64,000 nucleotides of DNA, taken from the NCBI GenBank assembly GCA_032718475.1, contig JAUCBJ010001113.1:7539-71538 (forward strand). Reading direction: 5' to 3'. Positions 61,598 through 64,000 of this stretch are shown here, one piece after another (positions within the stretch are counted from its first letter, which is position 1; every line of letters starts with the position of its first letter). Below the pieces are notes generated by a model, which was given only the letters and a program-made list of their open reading frames with translations, searched no databases and was not told the origin of the DNA. A program made the translations under genes and the position numbers. This DNA is from Nemertoderma westbladi (taxonomy: Eukaryota > Animalia > Xenacoelomorpha).

Positions 61598-63590
61598 TGG
61601 AACTTCCCCGGACCCGGACTCCCGTTTGACTTATGGGAAGCTGCCTGGGAAGACATACACAGGATGGGAGTGACAAAAGACATCAGTGATCCAGCTGTAT
61701 GGAAGAGGTCGGCAGCAGGATACATACAGGGATTCTTCAGCTCTTTGGAGCGATTAGAGGAACAACTGTTTCGACAACCCCAAGGACCTCAAGAGCAGGG
61801 AGAGCTGCTTTATCAAGTTAGAGAAAGAATTCTAAGAATCAGACTAATCCTATCGGCCTTTGAGGAAGCTTCGAAAAGAAGACAAGACACGTCGTTGCAA
61901 GTTGCTGTAAAGACTTGGTTCCAGCGGGTGAGTCTCAAGGTTCAAGGAACGGCCCAGTGGAAATCTCAGCTGGCTGAGCGCTCAACCCATGGAGAATCAA
62001 CAGACGCTACCTTTTCTCAAGTGGAAAGCGAAGCAACAGCAGAGAAACCGCATAAGAGGGATGCTATTGACATCTATCTGTAGGACTATCAACGCTTTCT
62101 AGGTGATGAAGAGTTGAGGAGAAGGCTGGATGGACTTCGCCCTAATAGTGAAGGAGCCAAGCTTGTGTTGGACGCAATAGATGTGGAAATGTTAGCTGCG
62201 AACCACGCTAAATTTGATAAAAGCATCCGCATCGCTAAGGTTCAAGAAGAACAAGTAAAGAAAAAACGTATAGAAGACAGAAAGACAGTAGCAGCGGCAG
62301 CGGCAGAGGCAGAAGCGGAAAGAAAGGCAGCAGAAGTGGAAAAGAAAGCGGCAATGGCAGCGGCAGAAGCGGAAAGAAAAACGGCCGAAGTGGAAAGAAA
62401 AGCGGCAGTGGCAGCGGCAGAAGCGGAAAGAAAAACGGCCGAAGTGGAAAGAAAAGCGGCAGTGGCAGCGGCAGAAGCGGAAAGAAAAGCGGCAGAAGCA
62501 GAAAGAAAAGCGGCAGTGGCAGAAGCAGAACGGAGGGCATCTGAAGAGACAACCCAACTAGAGTTGGAAAATCTTCAAGAGAGGCAAGACAACTTCAATA
62601 AACAGTTGACAGCTAGTCAAATGATGAGTCGATCTACTCCCAAACGACAGGGATTTACATCCTCTGATGAAGGCGATACCACCGATCCTGAAGGCGGAGG
62701 AAATAGATATTGTCTAAGTAGGCGTAGAAGAATGTCCCACCGTCAGAAATTGCCGGATTTGCCCCCAGCTGTTAGAAGGCAACTAGCTAGCACAGACTTA
62801 GGTAGTACAGAACCCACAGACCAAATAATTAAAATAGAAAGACTCCCTACTATAGTAGATGAGCCTGAAATAATTAGGCCTGTTCTTGAAACCACCCCTT
62901 CGGTGATAGAGACACCTGTGCTCCCAGAACCTACCTCTAAATTCCCTTTGCACAGCACTAAACTACCTGTGCCCCACAAAACAACCCCTGAGACAGTTCC
63001 TGTCCTGGACTCCGAGCGAAATATCAATGATTTGTTGCCCGTTGTCCCTCGTCTACCCGCTACTATGTTGGCGGCTCCCGCTTCGGCGGTCGAGTGGGTG
63101 GATGAGGGGCGGCGGGGGATGAATCTCCTGCTCGGGCAGATGCAGGAGACTGTTCATCAGTTTAAAAGAACAGTAAGGGAAAGTAGGTTAGAGTTGCAAG
63201 AAGTGCAGCAGAGTATCGCGTTAGAACGCGATAAATTAGTAAATACACAAATGGGTATACCACCACCCCCTGTAACAATGTGTCAACCTGTTAGGTCTGA
63301 AGTATTTCATGCGCAAGGTGTGGAGCCTACACGCATCTATACTGCTAGTGAAGTGGAAACTCCTATAGTAAACCCTATTAAGGGTAATTATAAACCTGTT
63401 GACAATGATATTCCATATAGACTTGATAATAATCTGAGAAATTTATATACCGATAACTCGATATTAAATAACACGATGGCCCAAGAAAGTTTTACGCGTC
63501 AAATGGCTAGAACCGAAGCCCGTCAAGCGGTAAAGTTGGGGAGAGATCGTCAAGTTCAATGGAGATGAGATGAAATGGTTACCTTTTAAT
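61598..63590 (+). mobile_element. gag: Second gag fragment of BEL/Pao family A (no LTR, truncated at both ends)
   Basis: Near-identical to 15803-17821, but with a different AEAERK repeat array. Confidence 0.92.
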
Positions 63591-64000
63591 AGATGAAAGG
63601 GTAAGAATAAGTAAGAAAATAATAAGTTTAATTCAGAGTATAAAATATAATTGTCAAGCAGTATATTAGGTACTATAATATACAATTCGAATCGGTACGG
63701 CAGTACGGTAGGGCCCAGGCAAAATAAATATATTTCAACTGCAGATCGCAGCCATTATCAATCACTGAATCAGATAATGAATTGGTAACCGGTAGTGGTA
63801 CATCTGTTGCTTAAATATAAATTCTTATACAGTATGAGATGAGATAGTAGTGAATATTGCACAAAACGAACTTACTACAGTACAAATTATTACTATTACC
63901 AAATAAACACATAAATGAAATTACCTAACTACAGTATAATCACAACTATATAGCACACAACATAATATAATCTACCAAATAAACACATAAATGAAATTAC

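Noticed and set aside
63591-64000. AT-rich tail with a short direct repeat (about 63896 and 63973)
   Set aside because: Cut off by the window edge; cannot be assigned.

Overview
Eukaryotic (probably invertebrate animal) repeat-dense window made almost entirely of nested mobile elements; no host gene is recognisable. The backbone is decayed Polinton/Maverick (adintovirus-like) DNA: packaging ATPase, a GG-cleavage-site protein, two inverted integrase copies, two tandem penton-like genes, adenain-like protease, an RNase H-like ORF, a TBP-like ORF and protein-primed PolB. No major capsid gene or terminal inverted repeats are visible. Inserted in or beside it are: a complete 16.4-kb BEL/Pao LTR element (12251-28626, TSD GTAGC); the 5' LTR and leader of a diverged sibling (1-2027, minus); a young GalEa-type Copia (31869-36926, TSD GTGCC); a second BEL/Pao family with an extra ORF encoding a DEDDy-like exonuclease plus three CCHC knuckles; CR1/L2, RTE and CRE-like LINE fragments; Kolobok- and Tc1-type MITEs; a solo LTR; and a Deu/Nin-core SINE. 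The most striking signal is that the complete BEL/Pao element and its sibling lack a tRNA primer-binding site. Instead, the 12 nt after the 5' LTR are the exact reverse complement of a 12-mer inside their own LTR, with two compensatory changes between them, suggesting Tf1-style self-primed reverse transcription in a BEL/Pao lineage. Family assignments come from motif recognition by eye; no database searches were run.
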